From the NCBI GenBank assembly GCA_004764695.1, contig SMSO01000032.1, positions 6,852,483 through 6,916,482 of the forward strand: a DNA stretch of 64,000 nucleotides. The letters are read 5' to 3'. Positions within the stretch are counted from its first letter, which is position 1; each line of letters starts with the position of its first letter. This stretch comes from Schizochytrium sp. TIO01 (taxonomy: Eukaryota; Protista; Bigyra: Labyrinthulomycetes). Below the pieces are notes generated by a model. It had not been told where the DNA came from. It did not search any database and saw only the letters and a program-made list of their open reading frames with translations. Shown here piece by piece: positions 13,757 through 25,352 of the stretch. Both the position numbers and the translations under genes were made by a program.

Positions 13757-14124
13757 ATGTTTGTATGAGAAAGCAAGAATTTGAAATTAAGGAATTTCAG
13801 AATGCTTCGAATAATAAACATCAGATGCTCTCGCTAGCACAAAAAAATCCATAAACTGAATTTAACGCAATGTTTAAACTCTCATCAAAGGATCAGAGCC
13901 AAAATGAAACATGGAAAGTGGTTGCTTTGAAGCTCTGATTAGATTTCAGCAGATGCTTTGACTGCTTATAACAGTATACGCGCTTCAAAGTCCAACGTCT
14001 CTAAAGCAAAAAACATTACTTTCATCAATGATAGATATCAACTACTATACACATTGTAATAAACGAGACAGCGTTAACTTGACGCAATCTAGATATCAAC
14101 TTTGCTCTTGGTTTTTCCAAGAAG

Positions 14125-14650
14125 TAAAATTTGTTCAGCCAGAGTATGACCAATACGATAAAGGCAAGAGACTTGAAGAAGGCCTAGGAAAGGTATTTTT
14201 GCTTTTAAACCCTAATAAAAGCTACAGTCGAAGGAACTAGTGGGCAAGACATTATCAAAGTTCTCGACATCCCTTTGTAAGATCTCAAAGAGTTAGGCCT
14301 TCCATAGACAACATGGCTTGCTTGGTTGTGAAACCATAAGTGTACATACGCAATCGCTAGAATCAGGTATGGTAGAACCTAAAATGATGGTTGAAGAGGC
14401 TAGTTTACCTGATTTCTTGAATTATGTCTTAAACTTCTATTTATAATATGATCTGATCTGGCTTGAAATCCAAGCCAAGAACAGCAGACCGCTAGCTCTT
14501 AACGACAAAGTTTAGAAAGCTTTCTAAATCCTTTATTGTGCCCCTTGCCTTGATTTTCATGGTCAACCTTTAGCTAACTAGAGTAATCTTTCAACAGAGC
14601 TAGCAATTTGCCGTGTTTGGAAATAGCTTTAACGGTAGACTGAATTATTA
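14125..14650 (+). mobile_element. LTR family 1, older partial copy H, split by copy C
   Basis: 14125-14223 matches the LTR 5' part (cagccagagtatgacc...ggcaagagacttgaagaagg). The sequence from 14597 (gagctagcaatttgccgtgtttggaaata...) continues the LTR consensus. Confidence 0.5.
14224..14596 (-). mobile_element. LTR family 1, copy C
   Basis: Minus-strand start TGTTGAAAGA; shares cgaaggaactagtgg...ccttgattttcatggtcaacc with the other copies; 3' terminus about 10 nt short; flanks AAGCT / GAGCT. Confidence 0.75.
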
Positions 14651-15167
14651 TTATATATTCAGAACGATTAGTCTTCACGCTCTACTAAACTCAACTAAAG
14701 AAGTAAGAATTCGTTATCCTTATTTACTGAACAAATTTGTGCGCTTTTGACTCTTATATTTGTTGGCTTCGCAACCATATATCTGGTTTATTATCTGTAA
14801 ATCCTTTTCCTTGAGAATGAAGGATATACCAAGATCTCTTGTGATGTGTTTCGTTCACATTTGTTCTCTCGACTTAAGATCTTAGCAGTTAAATATATAC
14901 CTCTTTATCGAGTACTTTTGTTTGTAAAGACGTGCTTAAATAGTCTAGGATAGCTACCGACATAATTTTATATAAAAAAGAAAACGAAGAGTCTTATGGC
15001 AACAAAATTAGCTCAGAGATCATGGAGGCGTTTGTTATAGTGGCTAATGTCAATCAGAGCCTTTGAAGAGTGAGGTGTGATTTTGTTTCTCAAAAGCTTG
15101 TTCTGGAATAATTGAGAACATAAAGTTTAGCTAGCAAATAGATTATGAATGTTTACTGAATTTGAGG

Positions 15168-15698
15168 AGAACAAAGTTTTGATTTGATAAACGCAGTATC
15201 TCCGAGGATATACGGTTTCGTTTTTGAACGCAAAGAGTTGATAAGTTGACAGTGAAAAATGCGTTAGCGGAATGTTCAGGATACAATAGGATTACAGAAA
15301 AGCTCACAATAGTCAACCATGGAAAATTAGGTAAAATTATATATTGTACAAATCTTGTGAGGCTATAAATGTGTTTCCAAAAACGATTCGACCAGTGATG
15401 CGTATGCTTGACTCTCTCAGAGAGTGTGCAAGAAAAACTTTCACAGATCTCATGAAGGTTTCTGCACAGACAGTAACATATGTTTGATGAGTGCGATGAT
15501 CCACAATAACCCTTCTACAGACCATGCGCAAAAAAATTCTACTTTCAGCGATTACAGGGTCTGCTGCTATTGAGAAGGAAAGCAGACACAACATGATGCT
15601 GGGAAAGTGACAGGGATTTACAGAGCGGAAGTATAACTTTAATTTTTGAACGGTTGATGAAAGATCATGAAAGAGGCACTTGTTGCACCATGTGGGAG
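15168..15698 (+). mobile_element. Decayed Ty1/Copia RT-connection/RNase H followed by a PPT
   Basis: 'RTKF/DLINAVS' (cf. TRPDIAFAVS), 'PWKIR*..KSCEA...LRE', 'CTDSN', then purine tract tgtgggag at 15691-15698. Confidence 0.4.
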
Positions 15699-15879
15699 TG
15701 TGGAGGGCGTTTATTTTTCTTATGTTATATAATCTCTTCTGACTAGTTTTGATGTCTATATTGTTGCTGTTTATAATATGCGAGATACGATCTTTAACCA
15801 TGGTTTCGAGAACAACCCTGGCTAATGCCAGAGGGAAAATGGCGCCTACTAGTTTGAATATCTTAAATGGTTCTTGTGA

Positions 15880-16685
15880 TGCTGAGAAATGAATCTAGTC
15901 AGTTTGAAGTTGACAATAAAGATGGAGGGATGATGGTTGACTAATCCTCTAAGGGAATTTGGAATGGTATAATAATCTGTTGTGTTTCAAGGCAGACTGC
16001 TTAATCCTTGCTGAAGGGTGATTCCAGGGAACATAAGGTTGACTGTGAAGCTGGAGATGAAGGCTTGAATCTTGATGAAGGCTTTAAGAAGGTTGATTTA
16101 AGAGTTAGCGAAGTACTGTCCTGGAAATAAATCCAGGGTGGATGGATTCATGTAGAAATTATGGAGGCTAAGACATTCTTGAACGGGTTAGAAATGCTTG
16201 ATTGGATTAGGTTAATTCGATCTCTTCAACCATCGATTCAAGTTATACCATACTTGGATCTAGGGAATGTGTAGTCACTCTTTAGTTCGAGGCTCCAACA
16301 GCCACGTGGGCCTGCCCGTCTACTACTGCTCTATTGTAAGCCCCATACCCGCAAGGGTTTTACAAAGGAATATCAAGAATTCTAGCAATGTCTTGTCTAC
16401 TAGTTCCTTCGAATGGGTATTTCAGCGAAACTGCAATCAAGAAACTAAAACATCTTTGATTTGCGTCAGACACAATTGTCTGACGAGGTTAGGTAAAATC
16501 GTCTCTTGAACTATCATTCAGGTTCCACCAATGGTTCTAGGGAAACGTATGCGCACTTTTGGTTGTTAGCTTCTTAACTACGCAAGTCTGGTCGCCAAGT
16601 GCTATTGAATTTTGAACCCTATATTCATGAGTTCTTACAAAGGAATGCCCAGATCCCTAGCAATATCTCCACAACTGGTTCCCCC
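15880..16685 (+). mobile_element. LTR family 1, older copy E, interrupted by copy D
   Basis: Starts TGCTGAGA. 15880-16008 and 16428-16685 join into one collinear copy most like B (…caaggcagactgctt | gcaatcaagaaactaaaacat…gacgaggttagg…). Confidence 0.7.
16009..16427 (+). mobile_element. LTR family 1, copy D (nested in E)
   Basis: TGCTGA...TCAGCG termini. Flanks ATCCT / AAACT occupy a position where the uninterrupted copy B has a single 5-mer. Confidence 0.85.
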
Positions 16686-16805
16686 TACTGAGAAGGGATA
16701 TAGATACATCATTACGTCATGACTTTGCAAGGCTCAAAAGAACACCTATTTAACACCACATGGTACAATGAGTGATGTGTATGACCCGAAATACCACAAG
16801 CGACC

Positions 16806-17220
16806 TGCTGAAGGGTAATACTGATTAGCGTGAGGTTGACTGTAAAAATGAAGGCAAGAAGCTTGATGAAGGTTATAAGAAGGTTGATTAAGTGTTAGCG
16901 AACTGCTGTCCTGGAGAATGGATTCCATGGCAGATGGATTCATGTAGTAATTAGGGAGATTAAGACATCCTTGAAAGTAGTTAGAGATAATCGATGGGGT
17001 TATGTTAGTTCAACCTCTCCAACCATCGATTCGAGTTACACCATGCTTGGATGTAGGAATGTGTATTCACACTTCAAGTTCTTGGCTCTGGTAGCCACAT
17101 GAGTCTGGCTGCCTATTCTTGCTCTATCGTAAACCTTATGTCTAATGGGGTTTTACAAAGGGACACCAAGAACTCTAGCAATGTCTTGTCCACTAGTTCC
17201 TTCGATTGGAGATCTCAGCA
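16806..17220 (+). mobile_element. LTR family 1, copy F (solo LTR)
   Basis: TGCTGA...TCAGCA termini; flanks CGACC / AGACC (4/5 TSD match). Confidence 0.9.
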
Positions 17221-17479
17221 AGACCAAAAGCATTTGAATCTACCCAAGCACATTCAACAAGACAACTCTAGTCTCAGTACTAACTAATTACTCTCATCTA
17301 AGACATTTCCTCAAATATTTCTCAGTAATCATATAACCACGTCTCATTACCTTCGATTGGAGATTTCAGTATGTGGAGATAGTGTTCACAGAAATTACCA
17401 ATTGTGCAAAATTAAAGATTTTGTTGCCAAAATACTGAGCCATATTGTCTTCTGACTCAGTATGAAGGTCTCAAACATG

Positions 17480-19150
17480 TATGAGAGCTCCAAATGATTG
17501 CTTAGTTTTGTTCCCTTCAGATGATCTATAACGAAGAGATAAAGTTGTTGTAAGCAGTTCTGTACTCTCGCATCTGCCACAGCTGCAATGGCAAATTTCA
17601 AGGAGAGGATCACACTAGCTATTTTATAGTTTAGATCATACATTTTTTTCAATTAAAATCTGATTGACTTCGATACGGTGCACAAATAATTTGCAGCCCA
17701 ACGCTACTTTAAAAACGGATGACGAAAAATACGTTGAGGTTTTTGCGTAAAGTAACTAGACAGGACTAGTTATCGGACCTGATGTGCTTTTTATTGGCAG
17801 TTTCAAGATAATTACTCAATATACCACTTATGCCTCAATAACAGGTGCAATCACGCTCGATGCAAACTTGGTCTATCTTCGTAATATTTCACTTACTATG
17901 GATTTGTTCATCACGAATTTTGTCAACACATTAAGTGATACTCGGTGGACCACCTCCTCTACAACGAACGGGACTGATGCCTACCTCGGTCTTGGTCTGA
18001 TTTGCCAGCCAAACACTTGTGCTATCCACACGGACCTGTTCTCAATTCAAACAATTATGGTCGCGACCGGAGTATCTGGCTCTGATAACACCCTTTCACG
18101 GGTCACGTACAAGGAGATAGGCAACAAATCGAACAACTTCATTATCCGCCTAAAGTCAAAGATAACCCTAGCAAAGCTACGCGTGATGCATTCGTAAAAT
18201 TAAATGAATAGATAAATCTGATAACAGCATTACTGAAAGAGTATTCTGGTCAGCTTGAGGTTGACTGTAAAGATGAAGGCAAGAGTCTTGATGAAGGGTT
18301 TTAAGAAGGCCGATTTTAAGAGTCAGCGAAGTGCTGTTCTGAAAATAAATCCAGGGCATCCTGATTCATGCAGTAATTTGGAGTCTAGGACATTCTTGAC
18401 AGTTTCAAAGATAAATGACGGGGTTAGATTAATTGAACCTCTTCAACCATCATTTCAGGTTGCACTATACTTGGACTTAGGTAATGTGTAGTTATATTTT
18501 GGTTCTTGGCTTCAGCAACTACGCAAGTCTGATTGTCTAGTTCTGTTCCATTGGAAGCTTTATGCCTATGAGGTCTTCATACAGGGACACCAAGAACGCT
18601 GGCACACTAATTCTTTCGATCGGTGATCTCAGCAAGAATATTCTTGTTTTATGCTTTTTTGAAGTGTGTTTGCAGATCTCTTCATCAGAGTCTTGAGAGT
18701 AAGAGAAAGTTAATTCATTGAATATTAAAAATTTTTGTAGTTTACGATTTATTTTATGGGAAAATATCAAATCCTTTAAGAATCATTCATTGATCTTGTT
18801 TGTTATTGTTGATGGCTATTCCAGAATTCACAGGCTTCATGAGTCGTATAATTCTGCACAAACTTTGAGAGCAATATCGGCGATATCATTGATCTACTAT
18901 TCTGAGCCGATAAAAGCCAAAACTCTTACTACTGCAATCAGATTTATAGCGCGGACTTACGGTTCCCCGTATTGATTTCTGTAAAAGTAAATTTTGGCAT
19001 CTGATAATCAATACACACCACTGATTTTAAAACCATTTTTTTCGAAGGTGTAGCACAAGCAAGACTGGAAAGTGTGGAGACATCCAAGCACCAGTGGCCG
19101 ATGTTAGTTTCCAGGGTAAATATCAGTAGTTTCGTAAGAGTCAAAGAAGT
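17480..19150 (-). mobile_element. Decayed Ty3/Gypsy pol (RT-RNase H), interrupted by solo LTR G
   Basis: Collinear minus-strand motifs: 'SVVCIDYQ'; 'TTHEACEF/LE*PSTITN' (cf. T..G.YEF..MPFGL.N); 'KFLIFNELTFSYSQDSDEEICKH' (decayed YxDD region); then, past LTR G, 'RVALLGLSLTLGG', 'TKFASSVIAPVI' and 'RVQNCLQQLYLFVIDHLKGTK...LS' (RNase H end). Confidence 0.65.
18231..18634 (+). mobile_element. LTR family 1, copy G (solo LTR)
   Basis: TACTGA...TCAGCA termini; flanks AGCAT / AGAAT (4/5 TSD match). Confidence 0.9.
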
Positions 19151-22100
19151 GTAAAGTGAAACGAGTTCTCGGTCATAAAAATGACCTTCGTTAAAGTATC
19201 GTATCCAAAGCGAAAAAGTATTGAAGTTCTTCGATATGTGCAGAATAACATCGTCTAACAGAGACTATAGAGAGCAACTCGAGAAGGAAAGGAAAGGAAG
19301 GAAAGGAAACAGGCGGGAAGGCAAAACGAATGACACTTGATTTATGGACGGATTCTAAATCACTCTTTTTCTTCCAGTTTTTCAAGCTAGAAGCTATTGC
19401 ACCGTCGTCTATACTTTTTTTGCTTTTGAATTCCAGGTTCCTATATCTCAGTGCAGGCTTCGGGAAGATAGTTTTTTCTAGTAATTATCTAGTATGTTAG
19501 TTAGAAAAAAAAATGAGAATCAATGCTGTCTACTTTTCTATTGTAGTCATGGGATTATGTGAGCGGACTATTTCTAGCGAGAAAATCTCGTTCAGATAAG
19601 TAATCTCCTATTCTCTAAAACCAGGGTTAAATTCTCCCGTGCTCATCTAAAAGAAATAGCGGCGCGTGCAACATTGCCGTATTTAGAATCATTCAATTTG
19701 CTTTAAGTTTTGCTACGTAGTGGTTTGCCGAAACCGACTCACCAAATAAGGGACGCCTGATTTGTCAAATAGCAAACGGATTGTATAAAATTGTCGTCAC
19801 TCCCTTCTTACTGCTTCTATTGGATAGAATCTTTCAGCTGGCGTTTTAAACTAAAGTACCACAGGTAATAATACTTTTCGTTATTTTAAACTGCAAAAAA
19901 GAAGAAGAGAAAAGCTCGTTCGTTGTTGTCATGCTATCATTACCTTTTTGTGATGATATTCGCATTTTGCGTAACATAGCTTTTCACAACAACATTGGCT
20001 TTAACCTAACGAAAAAGGTAGCCCCAGCTCTTCCCGTGTTCGCGTCTTCTCTATTGTTTGACAATGAGTCGCAATAGCTAGAAAAACATATTATTTTAAA
20101 TGGAATTTTAGAGAAGGTGCCCTTACTCTTATTGAGCCTTTCAGTATTTCTGACCTACATAAAGTACTTCAGTCGCATTATCTAAAACTTTGCACTCCGA
20201 AGTATGATGCGAATTAACATCGACGCCAACATAAAGTGAATACGAACTATTCCAAGAATGAAAAAGGAGAAAATATTTGAACAGACGAAAAGATCAGTCT
20301 GGAGCGAGGGGTGGTAGTTCGTCCAAACATGAGTTCTTTACGATAGTAAATTCATACATAAGGTCACCTTATTCGGGCCATCTTCTCTAGTTTGTTAGGT
20401 TCTAGGCATAGACTTGGTCAAAGCGCAAAGTTGAATCACTTAGTTATGTCACTATTGTTCTACCACAGTAGCATCATATGGAAAAATACTAGGTACTTCT
20501 ATTATTTAGCATAATACCAAACAGAAGCAGAAAAGTGAGTAACGTAGGACAGATTTCTACTACTTCTCAACGATGGCTAACACCTTCAACTCGCGAGAGA
20601 GGAAGGAAAGGGATTCCTGGCTGCGCAAAAAAAGTAGCATCATATTCGTTTCTTCAAAAAGCTGCCTACTTCGATACTTGCATCGACTGCTCAGTCCTTT
20701 CCTTATAACTGCAATGAAGGTACCTTGGAATCATTGTTTGGCAAGATCTGTAGCGTTACTTTTCTTTACTCTATTGATGAAAGTCGGAGACTAAAAGTAG
20801 TCTTAGCAGAGCGACGGCATAGACCTCATGAAGTGAGGTCGGGAGTTCGCAAGCCTGCAGGTGTTTGAAAAATAACAACAAGACAAGACTCAAGTAGACC
20901 TTATAAAAAAAGAAAAAAAGAGTTGATATGCGAATCGTATGAAAGTTGTTTTTAATGCTTTTACATGCAGTGCATTCTCGCATAAGTGATTGTTCGTGAG
21001 TGCTTTGGTGATTGAAAAAGGTAGGAAGGTGCGAGTGAGGCAGAGTTATTTATACAGAGTACCTAGCTAGAGTAGTATTTCATAGACTTTATTTTAATTT
21101 TTTAATTCTTAATGTTAATATATATATATATATTTTTTTTTTTTTTAATTTTGTTTTTAAAGAAAAAAGAAAAAAAGTAATGCTTAGTAGGCAGCGATAG
21201 GTAAGTACTAGGTTTACTTGTATTTGGGCAGGCAGACAGACCGGTTCTCACTGACACATCATAGTTGGATGGGAGATAGCTGTTACTGACCCGTCAGGGT
21301 GACACTTTTTGCAGGTGTGAGAGGAAGATTAGTGGATTTGTGCTTGTTCTAGGGTATAGAGTTGACTATTTCCAGTATATTACTAAATTCAAGATTTCTC
21401 AGAAAAAATCTAATTCATTTGTTTAGCAAAAGAAACTTTAAGTACTTTCGTAAATCGAGTAAACTTTCTTCAATCCTGGGATTGGTGCTTATCGCTTCAG
21501 GGGTGGGCGGAGCTGTCTTCGACAGATACACGATTGGTTTCCTGGTGGCGAGCCTGAACCCACTTTTTAAAACATACTGATGCGGTGTGGCGAAGGGAAG
21601 TAGGATTGCAAACCTGGAGCACAGCATGGAATGTATTATTGCCTAGACTAAATACAGCTCCAAGGATCTTTGAACTCGTGATCTCAGCTCATCAACAGGT
21701 GATCTAAAGAGAGAAATGACAACCAATAATTCGACGTCGTGTATGCTTTACAGGAGGACACTACTCCCGTGGGAAACTCGAAATTGTGTGAGACCAAAAC
21801 AGTCGGTCATTCCGAGCAAGTGTTCTGGTTCCTCAAGGATGGACTCGCAGTGCTTGTAAAAGGAAAATTGCAAATCGTATTTAAAGAAGGATTCGAAGCT
21901 ATAGTTTCATTTTCCTTCGATTGCTCTGTCGGCCAAGTACGGGCAACTCGTCGCTGATTGGCATTTTATACCTGTGAAACGACTCCATCAAAAAGGTCGA
22001 CATAAGATGTTCAATAGTTCCTCTAACGTATTATCCCATCCTTTGCTTCTACAATAATAAATAGGTTTGCTTGGTGGTACTCGTCATACCAAAATTGCAA

Positions 22101-23175
22101 GACGCTCCGATCTGCTTAGTTTGTGCAGATGGTTGGTTCATTTTCGTGTGCTGATTAGAGAGAGCGAATGTCTGTTCGTTTTACCCCGTGTTTTTGAATT
22201 TTATCCGATAGAATGATTGGGGGGAGAGTAATAAAGGCCTACTGTACTACTATCTCATCCAAAGGCTTCTGATCTAAGTAGGTGGCTCTCACTGGCCAGA
22301 CTTCGACAGAAACCAAGAAAGTTTGTTTTCAGTTTAATTTACTTTTTAAAAAGTAAAAATAGTAATTCCAAAAGTAAGATTAAAATTGTGGTAGGATTTT
22401 ACCCTATCTGAAGATATAATTCGAAATTCATTGGAACAGAAGGCTCGAGGTGATTTGAGAGCCATCGAGTGAAAAATATTTGAGTATATGATTGTAGTAC
22501 CTACCTACATACCTACCCATATCATGGCTCATAACTTGAATCAATATAGGCAAGCAAGCTTATTTCTAATTATAATTAATTTAAAATAATCATCATCATA
22601 CTAATAGCAGTAGTAATAATAATAATAATAATCCAAAAAACAGAGAATAGGAATGACTCTCCATACTAGTAGTAGAATAAAAGGAGCGTAATCTCGTTCA
22701 ATGTTCAGAAATGTATTAATTTCACGTTATTTTGTCTCATATATAGTGCAACGCACTCAGAAAATAGGAATAGGACGAGCCGGACAGGTACCGCAGTATA
22801 GTGCAGTCGGTAAGAGAAGAGTGATAGCAGTCAAATACCAAAGCAACCAGGGAGGTGCTTCACTCTGTTCTCTGGCCTAATTTATTTTGCTGCTGTTTCT
22901 ACCCATTTTTTTTTTGATTTTTTAATTGCCAAGTTTAAGAGTAGTTGAGAGATGATGGACATGTTGCGTTTTAATGTTGTTGCACCATGTCTGGTACATA
23001 ATCATGGCCATTAAGAACAAATCGGTGATCTCATGAAATGTTTGGTTCGAAAATAGGTTTAGTCTACGTCTAGTTAACCAAAGATTGACCAAATTACCTT
23101 CTTATCATTGGGGACGTTGTCTAAGGCTTAACTACCTACCTGCCTAGAAAAATTGAAGAGAAAGCAAGTCAATGC

Positions 23176-23223
23176 GGGAAAGGGATTCTTCAGGTTTGAG
23201 ACATCCATTTTGATCTTTATTGA
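23176..23223 (+). pseudogene. Possible metallophosphoesterase motif-I remnant
   Basis: 'GKGILQV*DIHFDLY*' resembles the calcineurin-like phosphoesterase motif 'ILQ(L/I)(S/T)DIH.D.Y'. Only this one motif is present. Confidence 0.2.
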
Positions 23224-24877
23224 GTAATCATTTTGAAGACGTGATGCCAGCCATGCCCAATCTGGCGTGGTGGAGAAAGGAAGTCTCCGAGTTGTATTTT
23301 GCGAGGAGAATGTGAAGCAGCAGCATTTTGTAAAAGCATAAAAGCCTTCAAAGAGTTTTGAAGGTAAGTACGTACCTACCTATCGAAAAAAATTATTATT
23401 AAAAAACTAACTTCCTAACATACTTGTTCTAACTGGTCCTTCTTGCATGGCGCGACTCTTCGGCATATTGAGTGCGCGGTGTGAGAGTGTGCAACAGTAA
23501 ATGACTCTTTCAAGCAAAAAACATAGAAGAAGGTTGGAAGTTAGAAAATTGCTAGTCAACTTGACTTCATCGATCTTTCACTTGCAAAAATGGAAAGGTA
23601 GGTGGTTTCGTTCAAAGGCACTGACAGTTAGTGGCCCTGACTTGCAATAGGACATAATGCGTCCTTCTTATGAAGGATTGAATAGAAGCGTGACGTACCA
23701 GGTAACATGCTACGTAGGTAGTGAGGTCTACTTTCATTTGGTCTGCGAAATACTTTCACTGGAAACAACATAACCAGCCCTCAGGATGCCCAGGTAGATG
23801 GGCATCCACTATTCCTGTACATACTGCTTTACTTCCTCCCTTCACAGCCAATAAACGGTCAGCAGGTCTACTTTAAAAGAGTAGATTTGCTAGTCATATT
23901 GAAGCTCGGAAATCGGAGAATATCAGAAGTCAACTGCGCTTTCATGAGGAGGAACTCTAGTTTAGAGTGGAGACGGGCCATGCGAAGACTGGTCTCCTTC
24001 GGTAGGAGAGACGATACCCTAAATGAGCATGTGAATTATCGTTCGGGTCTTTCCCACGGAACACCACATCCTCCCCTTAAATCCTGTTGAAAGGAAGGGG
24101 GTGCACACCTTTCATACTCGTTATCACTCTTTCTGCAGTGGTAAAAAGGAAATTAGGATAAATCTAGCTATCCATACCGAAAAAAGTCCTGAAGAAAGCT
24201 ACTAATCAACAAAATTTATCTATAGATGAATGAAAAGACTATGTCCCAAAGGTGTAAATAATGAGAAGGCTATGTGTGATGTGATCTGTTTTGGATTTTG
24301 TTTTCTAAATACACAAATTCATATAGGCCTGTATGTATTTGAATCTCATAAAAACAATTTTCTATGTTATTTGCAAGGCTGTCCTAATTTCCCACGAGTC
24401 AGAATAGCTATGGAAATTATACGCATTGGTCAATCTTGCTTTCCATGCCTTGAGTAAGTAAGTGCTTCTTTTTTGCTTGAATCAGAGTGGCGAAGCAGCC
24501 TGTTTGGCGAAGGTTAATTAATTTATGTATTGAGTGATTGTGAAGAGATCAGAAGTGCCTCATGTAGAATGTTGAAAGAACTTGCTCAACCAGAAGAATA
24601 GCGCCCTTGTGATTATTGCCTTGCTAGACAATGCTTTGAAGTATGGCTGCTTCTCAAAGGTGGTGGAGTATTGATAATTTGAGGAGGGAAATAAGCGAGT
24701 CTCAGTTGAGAAGTCATGCGTACAAAAGAGAAGATGTCTATAAAACAACTTGCCTTTGCAAGATAGCAAGATATCGAGAAGAAGAAAACGAAAGGTATCC
24801 AAGATCAACAGCAGAATGGTCAATCCGAATATTACGAAGGAAACATCAATGAAAATTAGTCTGGATGATTACACGTT

Positions 24878-25352
24878 TTAAAATGGGACCCACGAGGGGC
24901 ATTGATTGGGAAAGAGAGAACATTAGGCGCCTTCAAATGAGGCGATAACTATCGTTTGCCTTGTTCGCATGGGTTCTGACATATCCTTTTTCCTGTACAA
25001 ATATCATGCTAACTATTTGCACGTGGCAAAAACTTGAGGCCCTGCTTAAAGCGAAAGAATTATGATTTTTACCGAGTGTATCTCTATAACCTTCTACGAA
25101 GGTAAATTTGCAATAGAGACCGGCGCAGCTTTCCTAATGTACTCGCTCTACTCTGATACAGGACACTAAACATGTCTTTTGACACATACTTTTCAAAGAC
25201 ATTTCATGGAATTTGCATGGAGCGGCGGGATCGTGATCCAGGGTTTAGTTTAGTCGTGGCGAGGTTTGTGAACTTTAAGTTTTCTTTAAGACGTCGATAT
25301 CAAGTTGTGCAATTTCTGGATTGCACTATCGGATGGCTAGGTCCGTCTTCTA
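24878..25352 (+). pseudogene. Ser/Thr protein kinase pseudogene fragment
   Basis: Ordered subdomain remnants: 'LKWDPRGALIGK' (I), 'HFMEFAWSGG' (V) and, in the same frame as V, 'DIKLCNFWIALSDG*VRL' (VIb-VII). Multiple stops. Confidence 0.45.

Noticed and set aside
17784-18197. 137-aa plus-strand ORF
   Set aside because: It lies antisense to the Gypsy pol relic and has no recognisable domain.
12363-18634. The repeat family as a CRISPR array or a tandem gene family (short ORFs such as ...MKARVLMKGFKKADFKSQ...; recurring QLEVD....GK.L)
   Set aside because: Units are ~400 bp, irregularly spaced, on both strands, with TG...CA ends and TSDs. No reading frame is preserved across copies.
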